Source of the DNA: Squalus acanthias
Lineage: Eukaryota
NCBI GenBank assembly: GCA_030390025.1
Contig: CM059438.1
Coordinates: forward strand, 58,592,001-58,652,000
Reading direction: 5' to 3'
Length of the DNA stretch: 60,000 nucleotides
Shown: positions 38,881 through 50,787 of the stretch, one piece after another
How the letters are laid out: each line of letters begins with the position of its first letter
Numbering within the stretch: the stretch's first letter is position 1
The notes under the pieces: model-generated
What the model saw: the letters and a program-made list of their open reading frames with translations, nothing else
Database searches by the model: none
What the model was told of the DNA's origin: nothing
Position numbers and translations under genes: made by a program

Positions 38881-39433
38881 TTCACTAGAATGCTACCTGG
38901 TATGAGGAAATACAAATACAATGAAAGACTCAAAACATTGCATAGTTTTTCTTCAAAAAAACACAGATTACAGGGTGATATGTTGGAAGTGTTTAAAATT
39001 ATGAAAGGCTGGAACAGATAGAAGCAGACTGTGTCCAGTAGTTGAGGGGTTAAGAACGAGGGGCCATAGATACAAGATTAAATGTAAGAGATTTAGAACA
39101 GAGAGCAGCAGAAACTTTACAGAGAGAGTCGTGAAGTTGTGGAATTCACTTCTAGGGTCAGTGATTGAGGCAGAAACGGTGTCAACATTGAAAATTAGAT
39201 TGGACAGGAGGATGAAGGGATCTGGCAACAGGGTGAATGTGAGTGGGACTGCTTGCTCACGTGGAGGGTAAGTGCCAACACGGACTGTTGTTAAGGTGGT
39301 GTCATTGGGTGCTGGAAAGGTTCGGTTGGACTGGAAACAGCAAACCCAGTACTTGAGTGCAAAAAGGGCAACAACTTTTATTCAAGAAACTCCTCATAAC
39401 TTCAATGTATTTCTATGTTTGAAATGGATTTTA

Positions 39434-40467
39434 ATGGGAGAGTTAGGGTACCAGAGCGATGGGCTGTGATGGGAGAGTTAGGGTACCAGAGCGATGGGTT
39501 GTGATGGGAGAGTTAGGGTACCAGAGCGATGGGCTGTGATGGGAGAGTTAGGGTACCAGAGGGATGGGCTGTGATGAGAGAGTTAGGGTACCAGAGAGAT
39601 GGGTTGTGATGGGAGAGTTAGGGTACCAGAGAGATGGGCTGTGATGAGAGAGTTAGGGTACCAGAGAGATGGGTTGTGATGGGAGAGTTAGGGTACCAGA
39701 GAGATGGGTTGTGATGGGAGAGTTAGGGTACCAGACAGATGGGTTGTGATGGGAGAGTTAGGGTACCAGACAGATGGGTTGTGATGGGAGAGTTAGGGTA
39801 CCAGACAGATGGGTTGTGATGGGAGAGTTAGCGTACCAGAGGGATGGGCTGTGATGGGAGAGTTAGGGTACCAGGGGGACGGGCTGTGATGGGAGAGTTA
39901 GGGTACCAGAGGGATGGGCTGTGATGGGAGAGTTAGGGTACCAGAGAGATGGGCTGTGATGGGAGAGTTAGGGTACCAGAGAGATGGGCTGTGATGGGAG
40001 AGTTAGGGTACCAGAGGGATGGGCTGTGATGGGAGAGTTAGGGTATTGGGGGTGGGCTGTGATGGGAGAGTTAGGGTACCAGAGGGATGGGTTGTGATGG
40101 GAGAGTTAGGGTACCAGAGCGATGGGTTGTGATGGGAGAGTTAGGGTACCAGAGAGATGGGCTGTGATGGGAGAGTTAGGGTATTGGGGGTGGGCTGTGA
40201 TGGGAGAGTTAGGGTACCAGAGCGATGGGTTATGATGGGAGAGTTAGGGTACCAGACAGATGGGCCGTGATGGGAGAGTTAGGGTATTGGGGATGGGCTG
40301 TGATGGGAGAGTTAGGGTACCAGAGGGATGGGCTGTGATGGGAAAGTTAGGGTACCAGAGAGATGGGCTGTGATGGGAGAGTTAGGGTACCAGAGGGATG
40401 GGCTGTGATGGGAGAGTTAGGGTACCAGAGGGATGGGCTGTGATGGGAGAGTTAGGGTACCAGAGAT
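39434..40467. repeat. 35-bp minisatellite GATGGGAGAGTTAGGGTACCAGAGNGATGGGCTGT (about 30 units)
   Basis: GGTACC recurs every 35 bp, with occasional shorter GGGTATTGGGG variants. Confidence 0.96.
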
Positions 40468-41863
40468 GATTTCCAATGAGTCGAAATGGCCTTTTCTTGG
40501 CCTTGACTTTCCTTGTGTTCGTGTCTGTGTTCCTGTAGATCAGTAAGTCTGGATGGGGAGGTCTGCACTGTATCAGCCGCACTAACTAAGTTATACCCTG
40601 ATAATATGGCTCAGATTTCATAAGTTTTAGAAGATTGCATTAAAACGCTTTGTAATATGATTTGCTTAAAGCAGCGTTTAATATCGGGTGGTTATTCCAC
40701 TCAGAGCCCCATTAGGTTGTCTCAGAGGGAGGGGCAAGTTCAAGGAGTGAACCAGCGCATCTCAAGTGAACAGAGAAACAGCTGGAAATGCACAGCTGGT
40801 CTGTCAGAATCTGAAAAGTCCAAGCCGTAACCTTACCCAGCCGTTTCTCTCTCGGCTGCTGGCTGGATTGCTGGGGTATTTCCAGCATTTCCTGTTTTTA
40901 TTTCATTTTTCACAGTATTCGTTTTATCGGAGTTCATCAGTCAGCAACTGACACAGTTATGACTACACGGATAAAGTGTGTCAATAATCATTGTAGGATT
41001 TAACCCTCGCTGGTGATAAGGGATCAGATCACACATCCTGCAGTTACACTCTTGTGTGCACGTTGACTGCTGTATCTGTGTATATGTACACATGTGTTGG
41101 TGCATAAGAATGCATGTACATGTGTGAGGGCCTGTAGAGGGTAGCAGGTGATTATGTTCAGTCTGTGTGTGTGTGTGTGTAATAGCTGATAATATATCAT
41201 TAGATCAAACTCATCACATAGCAACTGTGTCAGACTCTGGAAGGGCATTTACTCAACGAAGATTCCACAGAACATGAGCAGATCTGAGTGTGTGTGGGGA
41301 AAATCTGGAAATACCATCAACAACTGAACTGAGCTAGGCAGGTCTGCTATAAACTGTGGAGCGGGACCTTCAGGTATGGACTGAGCTGGAAGGGGCTGCT
41401 GTAAAACGTGGGACATGGGTGTCAAAAGAGGATCACTCTGCAGTGCTGATTCAATACGCACTGAGATTAATGACAGCTTGTGTCCCTCTGTCCAACTGGA
41501 AGCACAGTTTGGCTCCAGGAAGGGCGCACACTTCCCATCTGTATCTACGTGAAGCAGGTGTGGAAGCTGCCCTACGCCCTCCCCTCACACAACACACACA
41601 CTGACACTAATTACCTCCTGCCATCTCTCAGAGCGATAGTGCAGCACTACGGTTATTTATAGCCAAGCCTGACAATGTCCTGGAAGAAAACAAGACTCCT
41701 TTCTCCTCTCTCTCCTACCAAGGAGCTCAGTACCACAAGCACAAATTAAACTATTAACAAAGAAACAATTTATAAATGCTATAAAGTTTTTGGGATGTTC
41801 TGAGGTCGTGAACGGCGCTATGGAAATGCAAGTTCTCTCTCTCTCTCTCTCTCTCTCTCTTAT

Positions 41864-42310
41864 CCGTGTCAGCAGTGGTAGCACACTCGCCTCTCAGTCA
41901 GAAGGTTGTGGGTTCAACCCCAACTCCAGAGGCCTGAGCACAAAATCTAGGCTGACACTCCCAGTGCTGAGGGAGCGCTGCACTGTCGGAGGTGCCGTCT
42001 TTCGGACGAGACGTTAAACCGAGGCCCCGTCTGCCCTCTCAGATGGATGTAAAAGATCCCATGACACAATTGGAAGAGCAGAGGAGTTATCCCCGGTGTC
42101 CTGGCCAATATTTATCCCTCAAACACCATCACTAAAACAGATTAACTGGTCATTATCACATTGCTGTTTGTGGGACCTTGCTGTGTGCAAATTGGCTGCT
42201 GCGTTTCCTACATTAGAACAGTGACCACTCTTCAATAGTACTTCATTAGCTGTCAAGCGCTTTAGTGCGCCCTGAGATGGTGAGAAGCGCTATATGAATG
42301 TAGGCTCTCT
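41864..42310 (+). mobile_element. SacSINE1-like Deu-SINE
   Basis: B box GGGTTCAACCCC, Deu core and L2-type tail; preceded by another L2/SINE tail plus (CT)n at 41785-41860. Confidence 0.87.
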
Positions 42311-42337
42311 CTTACGGTGGTGCTGTTTGTGGGAGAA

Positions 42338-42642
42338 ATCATAGAATCATAGAAATTTACAGCACAGAAGGAGGCCATTCGGCCCATTTTGTCCGTGCCG
42401 GCCGACAAAGCTATCCACCCTAATCCCACTTTCCAGCACTTGGTCCGTAGCCCTGTAGGTTACGGCACTTCAAGTGCATATCCAAGTACTTTTTAAAATG
42501 TGATGAGGGGCTCTGCCTCTACCACCCTTTCAGGCAGTGAGTTCCAGACCCTCACCATCCTCTGGGTGAAAACATTTCTCCTCAAATCCCCTCCAAACCT
42601 CCGACCAATTACTTGAAATCTATGCCCCCTGGTTATTGACCC
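42338..42642 (-). mobile_element. CR1 3' fragment
   Basis: (ATCATAGA)n tail and ITRGHRF...NSLPERVV on the minus strand. Confidence 0.85.
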
Positions 42643-43027
42643 AGTTATTGAAATGTTGGCCGAGACACCGGGAGGACATCCCTGCCCTCCTTTGTGCCAC
42701 AAAATCTTTAACATTCAACAGCACAGAGAGCTGGAGTTTGGCGGTTAGAGAGGGGCTTGGCAATGAGTGTCTGACTGCACACACCACCAGTGCTCCGTGC
42801 GACAGAGTGCGGGTGGACCCAGGGCTGCATCCGATTCGCTCAGTACCTGATCTAAGCCACACTGAGCAGTGAGGTGCCGGGCAGTAGCTGCAGAGACTCA
42901 CCCGGTACGGGAAGGGAAGGTCAGAGGGGAGAGTCCTGCCTGACTGCTGCCTGACACCTGGTTACACGGGATACAATTATGAAAAATGAACAACACGTAC
43001 CCAAAATATCCACATCACGAAAGTGGG

Positions 43028-43466
43028 AAAGAAAGAATGAAAGAAAGACCTGACGTCCCAAAACGATTTACAGCCAATGAATTATTTCTTGAAGAGCAGT
43101 CACTGTTGTAATGTAGGAAATGCTGCAGCCAAATTGCACACAGCAAGCTCCCAACAAACAGCAATGTGATCATCTGTTTTAGTGATGTTGATTGAGGAAT
43201 AAATATTGGGCAGGACACCGGGGAGAACTCCCCTACTCTTCTTTGAAATAGTGCCGTGGGATCTTTTACGTCCACCTGAGAGAGCAGACGGAGCCTCGGT
43301 TTAATGTCTCATCCGAAAGACGGCACCTCCGACAGTGCAGCACTCCCTCAGTACCGCACTGGAGTGTCAGCCTAGATTTTTGTGCTCAAGTTCCTGGAGT
43401 GGGACTTGAACCCACAACCGTCTGACTCAGAGGCGAGGGTGCTGCCCACTGAGGCAGGGCTGACAC
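43028..43466 (-). mobile_element. SacSINE1-like Deu-SINE
   Basis: Reverse complement of the 36927/41864 family, with a (GAAA)n tail. Confidence 0.87.
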
Positions 43467-43495
43467 AGCCACAGGGAAGGGAAATAAAACATATA

Positions 43496-44265
43496 GGCCC
43501 AGAATTTGCGGTCAGCGGCGAAGCAAAGGCGCTTGCCACTGGCCCCGAAGAAAGCTGCCCACAGAGATCTCTGTGGCGAGAAGTTTGCCTTTTTCGACGT
43601 GTAAGAGATTGCAGCGCGCTATAGTGGGGATTCCCTACCGCGAGCTGCTGTGACATCAACAAGCTGTCTAAGCAGCCAATCACAATGCAGAATTCTCACA
43701 GACAGGGAAGCAGGAAATGAGAACCTGCTTTTATCCTAACTTTATAAAAATGTTACAGAGGGCAAAGCATAGATTGGGGCTCTCACATGGGGATAAGGTA
43801 GAACCTAAAATAATCATGAACAAACTTTTAAAAATATATAAAAAATATTTAAAGTTTCTTAAAAATTGTAATTTTTATCATAATGGAAAAATTTGACACT
43901 CCACAAAATTAAAATCAGTTGTTCAGGGCCATAACATTTGTTTAGCAGTCAATACGCTGTTAAAACCCCTGTTACACCTAATCCAACACAGCTTAACATT
44001 TAATGGGGTATTTAACAGCGATATTACCGCAGAAAAACCCAAGTTTTCATCAGTTTCACTGATTTCACTGATTACACTGATTGTCGGCTATGGGCGGGGG
44101 TCACAGCGCAGCCAGCGTCGGAGCAGTGAATGACTGGCCGCTACTTCAGGGTTTCCACGTTTAGATGTGCATGCGCTGCATCCTGAGGTTGCTGTCAGTT
44201 TCAAATGGGGTAATAACACCGAGCGCTGTTAGTTTGCCATTATTACCCATCGCAAATTCCGGCCC
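43496..44265. mobile_element. Non-autonomous DNA transposon, PIF/Harbinger-like
   Basis: 15-bp imperfect TIRs GGCCCAGAATTTGCG / CGCAAATTCCGGCCC, flanked by the 3-bp direct repeat ATA. Confidence 0.7.
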
Positions 44266-44549
44266 ATAATTTTTAGATGTGTGCAGATCCCTGATCCTCT
44301 GTCTGAGCGCCTGCTGTAGGTTGAAGGTGTAAACCCTGAAAAGGTATGATACTTTGTGCATTGCAAGCTAGACATGTGGTTTACTGACCCCTGCACTGTG
44401 CTGACTGACTGGCGATTCTATTCTCTGGTGTTTTACCCACACAGTGTCGCGCCAGGGTCTAGCCGCATCACACTCTCGCCACTCTGCAACCCTCTGGTCT
44501 GAACACTGACCTCAGTCATGTCCCACATCAGCTGTAACCTCATTTTCAA

Positions 44550-45065
44550 ACCACTTCGCCCATCACCCCTGTGCTCGCTGACCTACATTGGCTGCCGTCC
44601 CAGCAATGCCTCGATTTTTAAAATTCTCATCCTTGTGTTCAAATCCCTCCATGGCCTCACCTGTCTCTGCAACCTCCTCCAGCCCTGCAACCCTCCGAGA
44701 TCTCTGCGCTCCTCCAATTCTGGCCTCTAGGATGAGAGTTTCAGTGGCGGAGTGGCTGAGGTAGGGGTGGAAGTGGGCAATGTTGTGAAGATGGAAAGAA
44801 GTGTATCCCCACTCCCTTCACCTACCATTGGCAGCCGTGCCTTCAGCTGCCTAGGCCCTAAGCTCTGGAATTCCCTCCCTAAACCTCTCTGCCTCTGGTT
44901 GCTCCTTTAAAATGCTCCTTACAGCCTACCTCTCTGGCCAAGCACCTGCCCTAATGTCTCCTTATGTGGCTCGGTGTCAAATTGTGTCTGATAACGCTCG
45001 TGCGAAGCGCCTTCTGACGTTTTACTGCATTGAAGGCGCTAGATAAATGCAAGTTGCTGCTGTTG
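44550..45065 (+). mobile_element. L2 3' fragment
   Basis: FKILILVFKSLHG; tail GAAGCGCCTT...ATAAATGCAAGTTG; homologous to 47140-47600. Confidence 0.85.
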
Positions 45066-45170
45066 TCAGTACTCAATATTAGTAAATGCTGCTGGTTAAT
45101 GCTAGTTAATGGTACTGGTTAGTACTCAGTGTTAGTAGTTAATAGCATGACAGAACATTGCCAGGTTTAC

Positions 45171-45422
45171 CTGGCTGCTGATAAGGTCCTCGCACACTGC
45201 CAGGGCCATTTGGATGGCGTTGGGTTTGTGAGTGACAGCCGTGGCATTGAGTTGGATTTTGAAGGTGCCGTGTTTACGGTTAGCCTGGGCCACCGCCTCC
45301 CTGAAGATATTCTCCGTCTTCTTGGTACTCAGGACCGCGCCGATGTTCACCACTTTGGGCGCCGTGTCGGATTCCACCGGGAGGAGGGCGACGGCCAAGA
45401 GCAGCGGGAAGAGGCGCTGCAT
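45171..45422 (-). CDS. GRIN1: NMDA receptor subunit GluN1, coding exon 1 (signal peptide and start of the amino-terminal domain)
   Basis: ATG at 45422-45420 with A at -3. Translation [14 protein letters not shown]...[12 protein letters not shown]...[29 protein letters not shown] matches vertebrate GluN1. Ends at CAG|GTAAAC donor; 252 nt, phase 0. Confidence 0.96.
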
Positions 45423-45590
45423 CCTGCGGCTGTGCGGGGCTCCCGGAGCCGGGCTTTCTGCCTCTCGCCTGTCCTCCCTCGCTGCTCCCGCTGCTGCTGG
45501 AGCCCGCTCCGCTCCCGCACCGGGAAACAGGCTCCGAGCCTCGGTCTGTCAGCGATGCTCCGTGCCCCCTGGCTCGGACCGATGTAGTTG
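45423..45590 (-). promoter_or_regulatory. GC/CpG-rich 5' leader or proximal promoter of GRIN1
   Basis: CpG-dense non-repeat sequence directly upstream of the ATG, with no upstream ATG in this stretch. The TSS cannot be located from sequence. Confidence 0.5.
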
Positions 45591-45919
45591 TCTTCTTCCC
45601 CCGGTTGCTGGGTGAAGGATGGATGCTCTCTTTATCCCTGGCTCCCAAGCTTGCTGCAATGCTGTATCCAGCTCCCGTATGATTGGTGCTGATGTTCCAG
45701 TGCCTGTGTTATCATTGGTCCTAAAACTTGCAGCTCCCGGTCCACCCCCTGTATTATTGGTCCCGGCTTCCCAATCTCCAATCTCACCCCTTCATGGCTG
45801 GTTGCTATGGCTAATCCATCCCACAATGGTACCCGGAGTGCAACGTCATGCAGTTACCCTGTAATAGTGTGATGCTCTAATGTGACATTATTGTGTTAGA
45901 GTACGGTGATGATGTAACA

Positions 45920-47600
45920 GCCCTTGCAAACTGCCGCCCCATCTCCAACCTCCCTTTCCCCTCCAAAGTCCTTGAATGTGTTGTCACCTCCCAAGTCTGT
46001 GCCCATCTTTCCCACAACTCCAATCAGGTTCCGCCCCCCCACTGTACTGAAACGGCCCTTATCAAAGTCACAAATGACATCCTAAGTAACTGTGACCATG
46101 ATAAACTATGCCCCTCATCCTTCTCGACCTGTCTGCAACCTTTGACACAGTTGACCACACCATCCTCCTCCAACGCCTCTCCTCCATCGTCCAGCTGGTG
46201 GGACTGCCCTCGCATGGCTCCATTCTTATCTATCTCGTCGTAGCCAGAGAATCACCTACAACGGCTTCTCTTCCCGCTCCCGCACTGTTACCTCTGGTGT
46301 CCCCCAATGATCTATCCTTGGCCCCCTCCTATTTCTCATCTACATGCTGCCCCTCGGCGACATCATCTGAAAAGCGTCAGGATCCACATTTCCTCCGATG
46401 ACACCCAGCGATACCTCAGCACCACCTCTCTCAACCCCGCCACTGTCCCTAAATTATCTGACTGCTTGTCCGAGATTCATGCTGGATGAGTTGAAATTTC
46501 CTCCAACTAAATATTAGGAAGACCGAAGCCATTGTCTCGGTCCCCACCACAAACTCCGTTCCCTAGCCACCGACTCCATCCCTCTCCCTGGCAACTGTCT
46601 GAGGCTGAACCAGACCGTTCGCAATCTAGGTGTCGTATTTGACCCCGAGATGAGCTTCCGACCACATAACCGCTCCATCACAGAGACCGCCTACTTCCAC
46701 CTCCATAGCATCGCCCGTCTCTGCCCCTGCCTCAGCTCATCTGCTGCTGAAACCCTCATCCCCGCCTTTGTTACCTCTAGATTTGACTATTGCAATGCTC
46801 TCCTGGCCAGCCTCTCATCTTCCACCCTCCATAAACTTGAACTCATCCAAAACTCTGCTGCCCGTATCCTAACTCGCACCTAGTCCCGTCCACCCATCAC
46901 CCTGTGCTCACTGACCTACACTGGCACCTAGTCCCGTCCACCCATCACCCTGTGCTCACTGACCTACACTGGCACCTAGTCCCGTCCACCCATCTCCCCT
47001 GTGCTCACTGACCTACACTGGCACCTAGTCCCGTCCACCCATCTCCCCTGTGCTCACTGACCTACACTGGCACCTAGTCCCGTCCACCCATCTCCCCTGT
47101 GCTCACTGACCTACACTGGCACCTAGTCCCGTCCACCCATCTCCCCTGTGCTCGCTGACCTACATTAGCTCCCGGTCCAGCAACGCCTCAATTTCAAAAT
47201 TCTCATCCTCATTTTCAAATCGCTCCAAGGACTCACCCCTCCCTATCTCTGTAACTTCCTCCAGCCCTACAATCCTCCGAGATCTCTGCGCTCCTCCAAT
47301 TCTGCCCTCTTGTGCATCCCCGATTTTAATCGCTCCATCATTGGCGGCCGTGCCTTCAGCTGCCTGGGCCCTAGGTTCTGGAATTCTCTCCTTAAACCTC
47401 TCCGCCTCTCCACCTCTCTCTCCTCCTTTAAGACTTTCCTTAAAACCTACCTCTTTGACCAAGCTTTTTGTCATCTATCCTAATATCTCCTTCTGTGACT
47501 CGGTGTCTCGGTGTCAAATTTTGTTTGATAACGCTCCTGTGAAGCGCCTTGGGACGTTTAACTAAATGCGCTATATGAATACAAGTTGTTGTTGTTGTTG
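45920..47600 (+). mobile_element. 5'-truncated L2 LINE directly upstream of GRIN1
   Basis: RPISNLPFPSKVLE, TETALIKVTNDIL, LLDLSATFDTVDH, SRFDYCN; (TTG)n tail. Confidence 0.92.
46877..47168. repeat. Six tandem copies of a 48-49 bp L2-internal segment
   Basis: TAGTCCC starts at 46881, 46929, 46977, 47026, 47075 and 47124. Confidence 0.95.
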
Positions 47601-47808
47601 GGGTATGGTGCTGATTTAACAGTAACTGTAATGTGACAGTGCTGTGTTGGGGTATAGTGATGATTTAACAGTATCTGACCATGATCCTTTACATCCATCT
47701 GAACAGGTAGACAGGGCCTTGGTCTAACATCTCATCCACAAGACAGCATCTCCAATAATACAGTTTTCTATCAATATTACACTAAAGTTTCAGCTAGATT
47801 AAGTGCTT

Positions 47809-47993
47809 GGGGCTAATTTTAAAGTCAGTGATGGTGTAAAATGGCCGATATCGAATTGACTGCCAATTACACATCCTGCCTGACTTTCCCTTCTGTTGAC
47901 TTCTGCAGAACGGAAAATCAGGCATGTTGTATAGTGGACGGCTCATTCGATATCGCCCATTTTATACCATCGCCTAAAGTTAAAATTGACCCC
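47809..47993. mobile_element. Palindromic MITE (Harbinger-like), inserted in a decayed Deu-SINE
   Basis: TIRs GGGGCTAATTTTAA / TTAAAATTGACCCC; inner inverted arms GATGGTGTAAAATGGCCGATATCGAAT / ATTCGATATCGCCCATTTTATACCATC and TGCCTGACTTTCC / GGAAAATCAGGCA. Confidence 0.75.
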
Positions 47994-48894
47994 TTGAGTG
48001 GGGACCACTGAACCAAAGCTGACACTCTTTGACGTGTCTTTTCCCCTTTTCTATATTTTCACATCAGTGAATTAGGCTGGAGATTTCCCACTAATGTCTA
48101 AGGTTTTAAGATGCCAGCTTTGGATCATCTGATACTACCCAGTCCAAACTGTATTAATAGTTATACAAGCCAAACCAATCACAACCAGGGCACCGTACAG
48201 CACTGAGTGCATTACCTCGAATCGTCAGGCCACACAGATATAGGGGGAAGTAGATTTAACAACATCTCTTTGAACACAACTAATACAGGGTTCAGCATTG
48301 AGATTTACAATAAGCACTTGTTTCTTAAATGTCTCCCAACTGTACCCCAGCCTTTGCTGGTTTTGCAGCTAAGAATTACAGAGCTATAATCTATTAGGAT
48401 AAATTAATAGGGTGAGATTAAGTAAGGTGGGAGGAGGCTGGTGTGGAGCATAAACACCGGCACAGACCTGTTGGGCTGAATGGCCTGTTTTTGTGCAGTA
48501 CATTCCATGTATTTCTATGCAATAATCAATGTGCAGGACTGCTGTTAGGTTTAACAGTTAGTGGTGAATGTGTCACTGACAAATTCAATATCAGCTATTG
48601 CTTGAGAAAAGGAATATAAAACACACAAGCTCTTCCTTTGAGTAGGCTGGCTGCTATAGTGCTCTTCTGTACACTGTTATTGCATCTGGATTCAGAGACA
48701 TAAACTATTGACTAATAGCTGTAATACACTTTATAAGTTTACCAGACGTCAGTTAATTGGATGAATGTCTGGTGGTACACTACGTTTTTACTAATACAAT
48801 AGCAAAATACTGCAGATGCTGGAAATCCGAAATAACAACAGAAAACGCTGGAAAAACTTAGCAGGCCAGGCAAAATCCGTGGAGAGAGAAACAG

Positions 48895-48931
48895 AGTTAA
48901 CGTTTCAGGTCGAAGACCTTTCGTCAGAACT
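48895..48931 (-). ncRNA. Minimal hammerhead ribozyme motif (family A, inverted pLTR)
   Basis: Exact reverse complement of the 50788-50824 motif. Confidence 0.72.
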
Positions 48932-50787
48932 GGAAAAAAGCAGGAAATGGAATAGATTTTCCCCACGGAACTTATCTCTTCCTATCTCAACTCTATTTTT
49001 TCTCCCCTTGTCCAGTCTCTTCCCACCTACATCCGCGACTCTTCTGACGCCCTCCGCCACTTTAACAGTTTCCAGTTTCCCGGCCCCAACCGCCTCCTTT
49101 TCACTATGGACGTACAATCCCTCTACACCTCTAACACCCACCAGGATGGCCTAAGGGCGCTCCGCTTCTTCCTTGAACAGAGGCCCAACCAGTCCCCATC
49201 CACCACCACCCTCCTCCACCTGGCTGAACTTGTTCTCACATTGAACAACTTCTCCTTTGACTCCACTCATTTCCTCCAAATCAAAGGTGTTGCTATGGGT
49301 ACCCGCATGGGTCCTAGCTATGCCTGCCTTTTCGTGGGATATGTGGAACACTCTTTGTTCCAGTCCTACTCGGGTCCCCTCCCTCACCTCTTTTTCCGGT
49401 ACATTGATGACTGTATCAGTGCCATCTCCTGCTCTCGCCCTGAACTAGAAAATTTCATTCACTATGCTTCCAATTTCCAATCTTCCCTCACCTTCACATG
49501 GTCCATCTCCGACTCTTCCCTTCCCTTCCTCGACTTCTCCATCTCCATCTCTGGGGATAGGCTATTGACAAACATTCACTACAAGCCCACTGACTCCGAC
49601 AGCTACCTGGACTACACTTCCTCCCACCCCGCTTCCTGTAAGGACTCTATTCCATTCTCCCAGTTTCTCCGTCTCCGCCGCATCTGCTCTGACAATGCCA
49701 CCTTCCATACCAGTGCTTCCGACATGTCTTCCTTTTTCCTCAACCAAGGATTCCCTCGTGGTTGACATGGCCCTCGACCGTGTCCGTTCTATCTCCCGCA
49801 CTTCTGCCCTCACCCCTGCCCCTCCCTCCTGGAACCACGATAGAGTTCCCCTTGTCCTCACCTTTCACCCCACCAGCCTCCACATTCTACGGATCATCCT
49901 CCGCCATTTCCGCCACCTCCAGCGTGATCCCACCACCAAACGCATCTTTCCCTCACCTCCCCTTTCAGCATTCCGTAGGGACCGCTCCCTCCGCGACATC
50001 CTAGTCCACTCCTCTACCACCCCCAGCACCCCTTCCCCTTCACACGGCACCTTCCCGTGCAAGTGCAGGAGATGCAACACATGCCCTTATACCTCCCCGC
50101 TTCCCACTGTCCAGGGCCCCAAACACCCCTTCCAGGTGAAACAGCGATTTACTTGTACTTCTTGCAATTTAGTATACTGTATTCGCTGCTCACGATGTGG
50201 TCTCCTCGACATTGGGGAGACCAAACGCAGATTGGGTGACCGCTTTGCGGAACACCTCCGTTCAGTCCATAAGGGGGACCCCGAGCTCCCAGTGGCCTGT
50301 CACTTTAATTCACCACTCCATTCCCACTCAGACCTCACCGTCCTCGGCCTCTTGCATTGTTCCACGGAAGCTCAGCGTAAGCTCGAGGAACAGCACCTCA
50401 TCTTTCGATTAGGCACTCACCAGCCCTCTGGACTCAACATAGAGTTCAACAATTTCAGATCATAACCTCGGCCCCTATCACATATATATATATATATATA
50501 TTTTAATCCACACTTTTTATTTGGCCTTTTTTTCTTCCCTCCCACAAGGCAGCTGTCCTTCATTCTGCCAGCGCAATTCACACTTCATCTAGAGCCATCC
50601 TTTGGTCCTCAACCTGTCCCATTACCACCTCCTCTTGCCTTGAATATCTCTTAATGTCTCTCAATGTCTCTTAATCTCTCCTGCTTTCTATCCTATCACT
50701 GATCTTCCCTTTTGTTCTATTATCCCCTCCCCCTTTTCCCAGCCTCTAAACTTGCTTTAAAATCTATTCCATTTCCTGCTTTTTTCC

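Larger units (their letters stand above)
37620..39295 (+). mobile_element. Decayed CR1 LINE hosting a minisatellite and a Penelope mini-element
   Basis: SKFAADTKIGG at 37625, EYCVQ at about 38565, CR1 C-terminus 38895-39200. Confidence 0.82.

Noticed and set aside
39434..40467. Interstitial telomere or CRISPR array
   Set aside because: TTAGGG occurs once per 35-bp unit, not in tandem, and there are no spacers.
45129..45648. Antisense and overlapping ORFs across exon 1
   Set aside because: Non-ATG starts and GC-rich shadow frames of the real exon, with no recognisable protein.
45423..45900. RE1/NRSE site as in the mammalian GRIN1 5' region
   Set aside because: Only a half-site (TCAGCACC near 45685-45692) without the GGACAG half.
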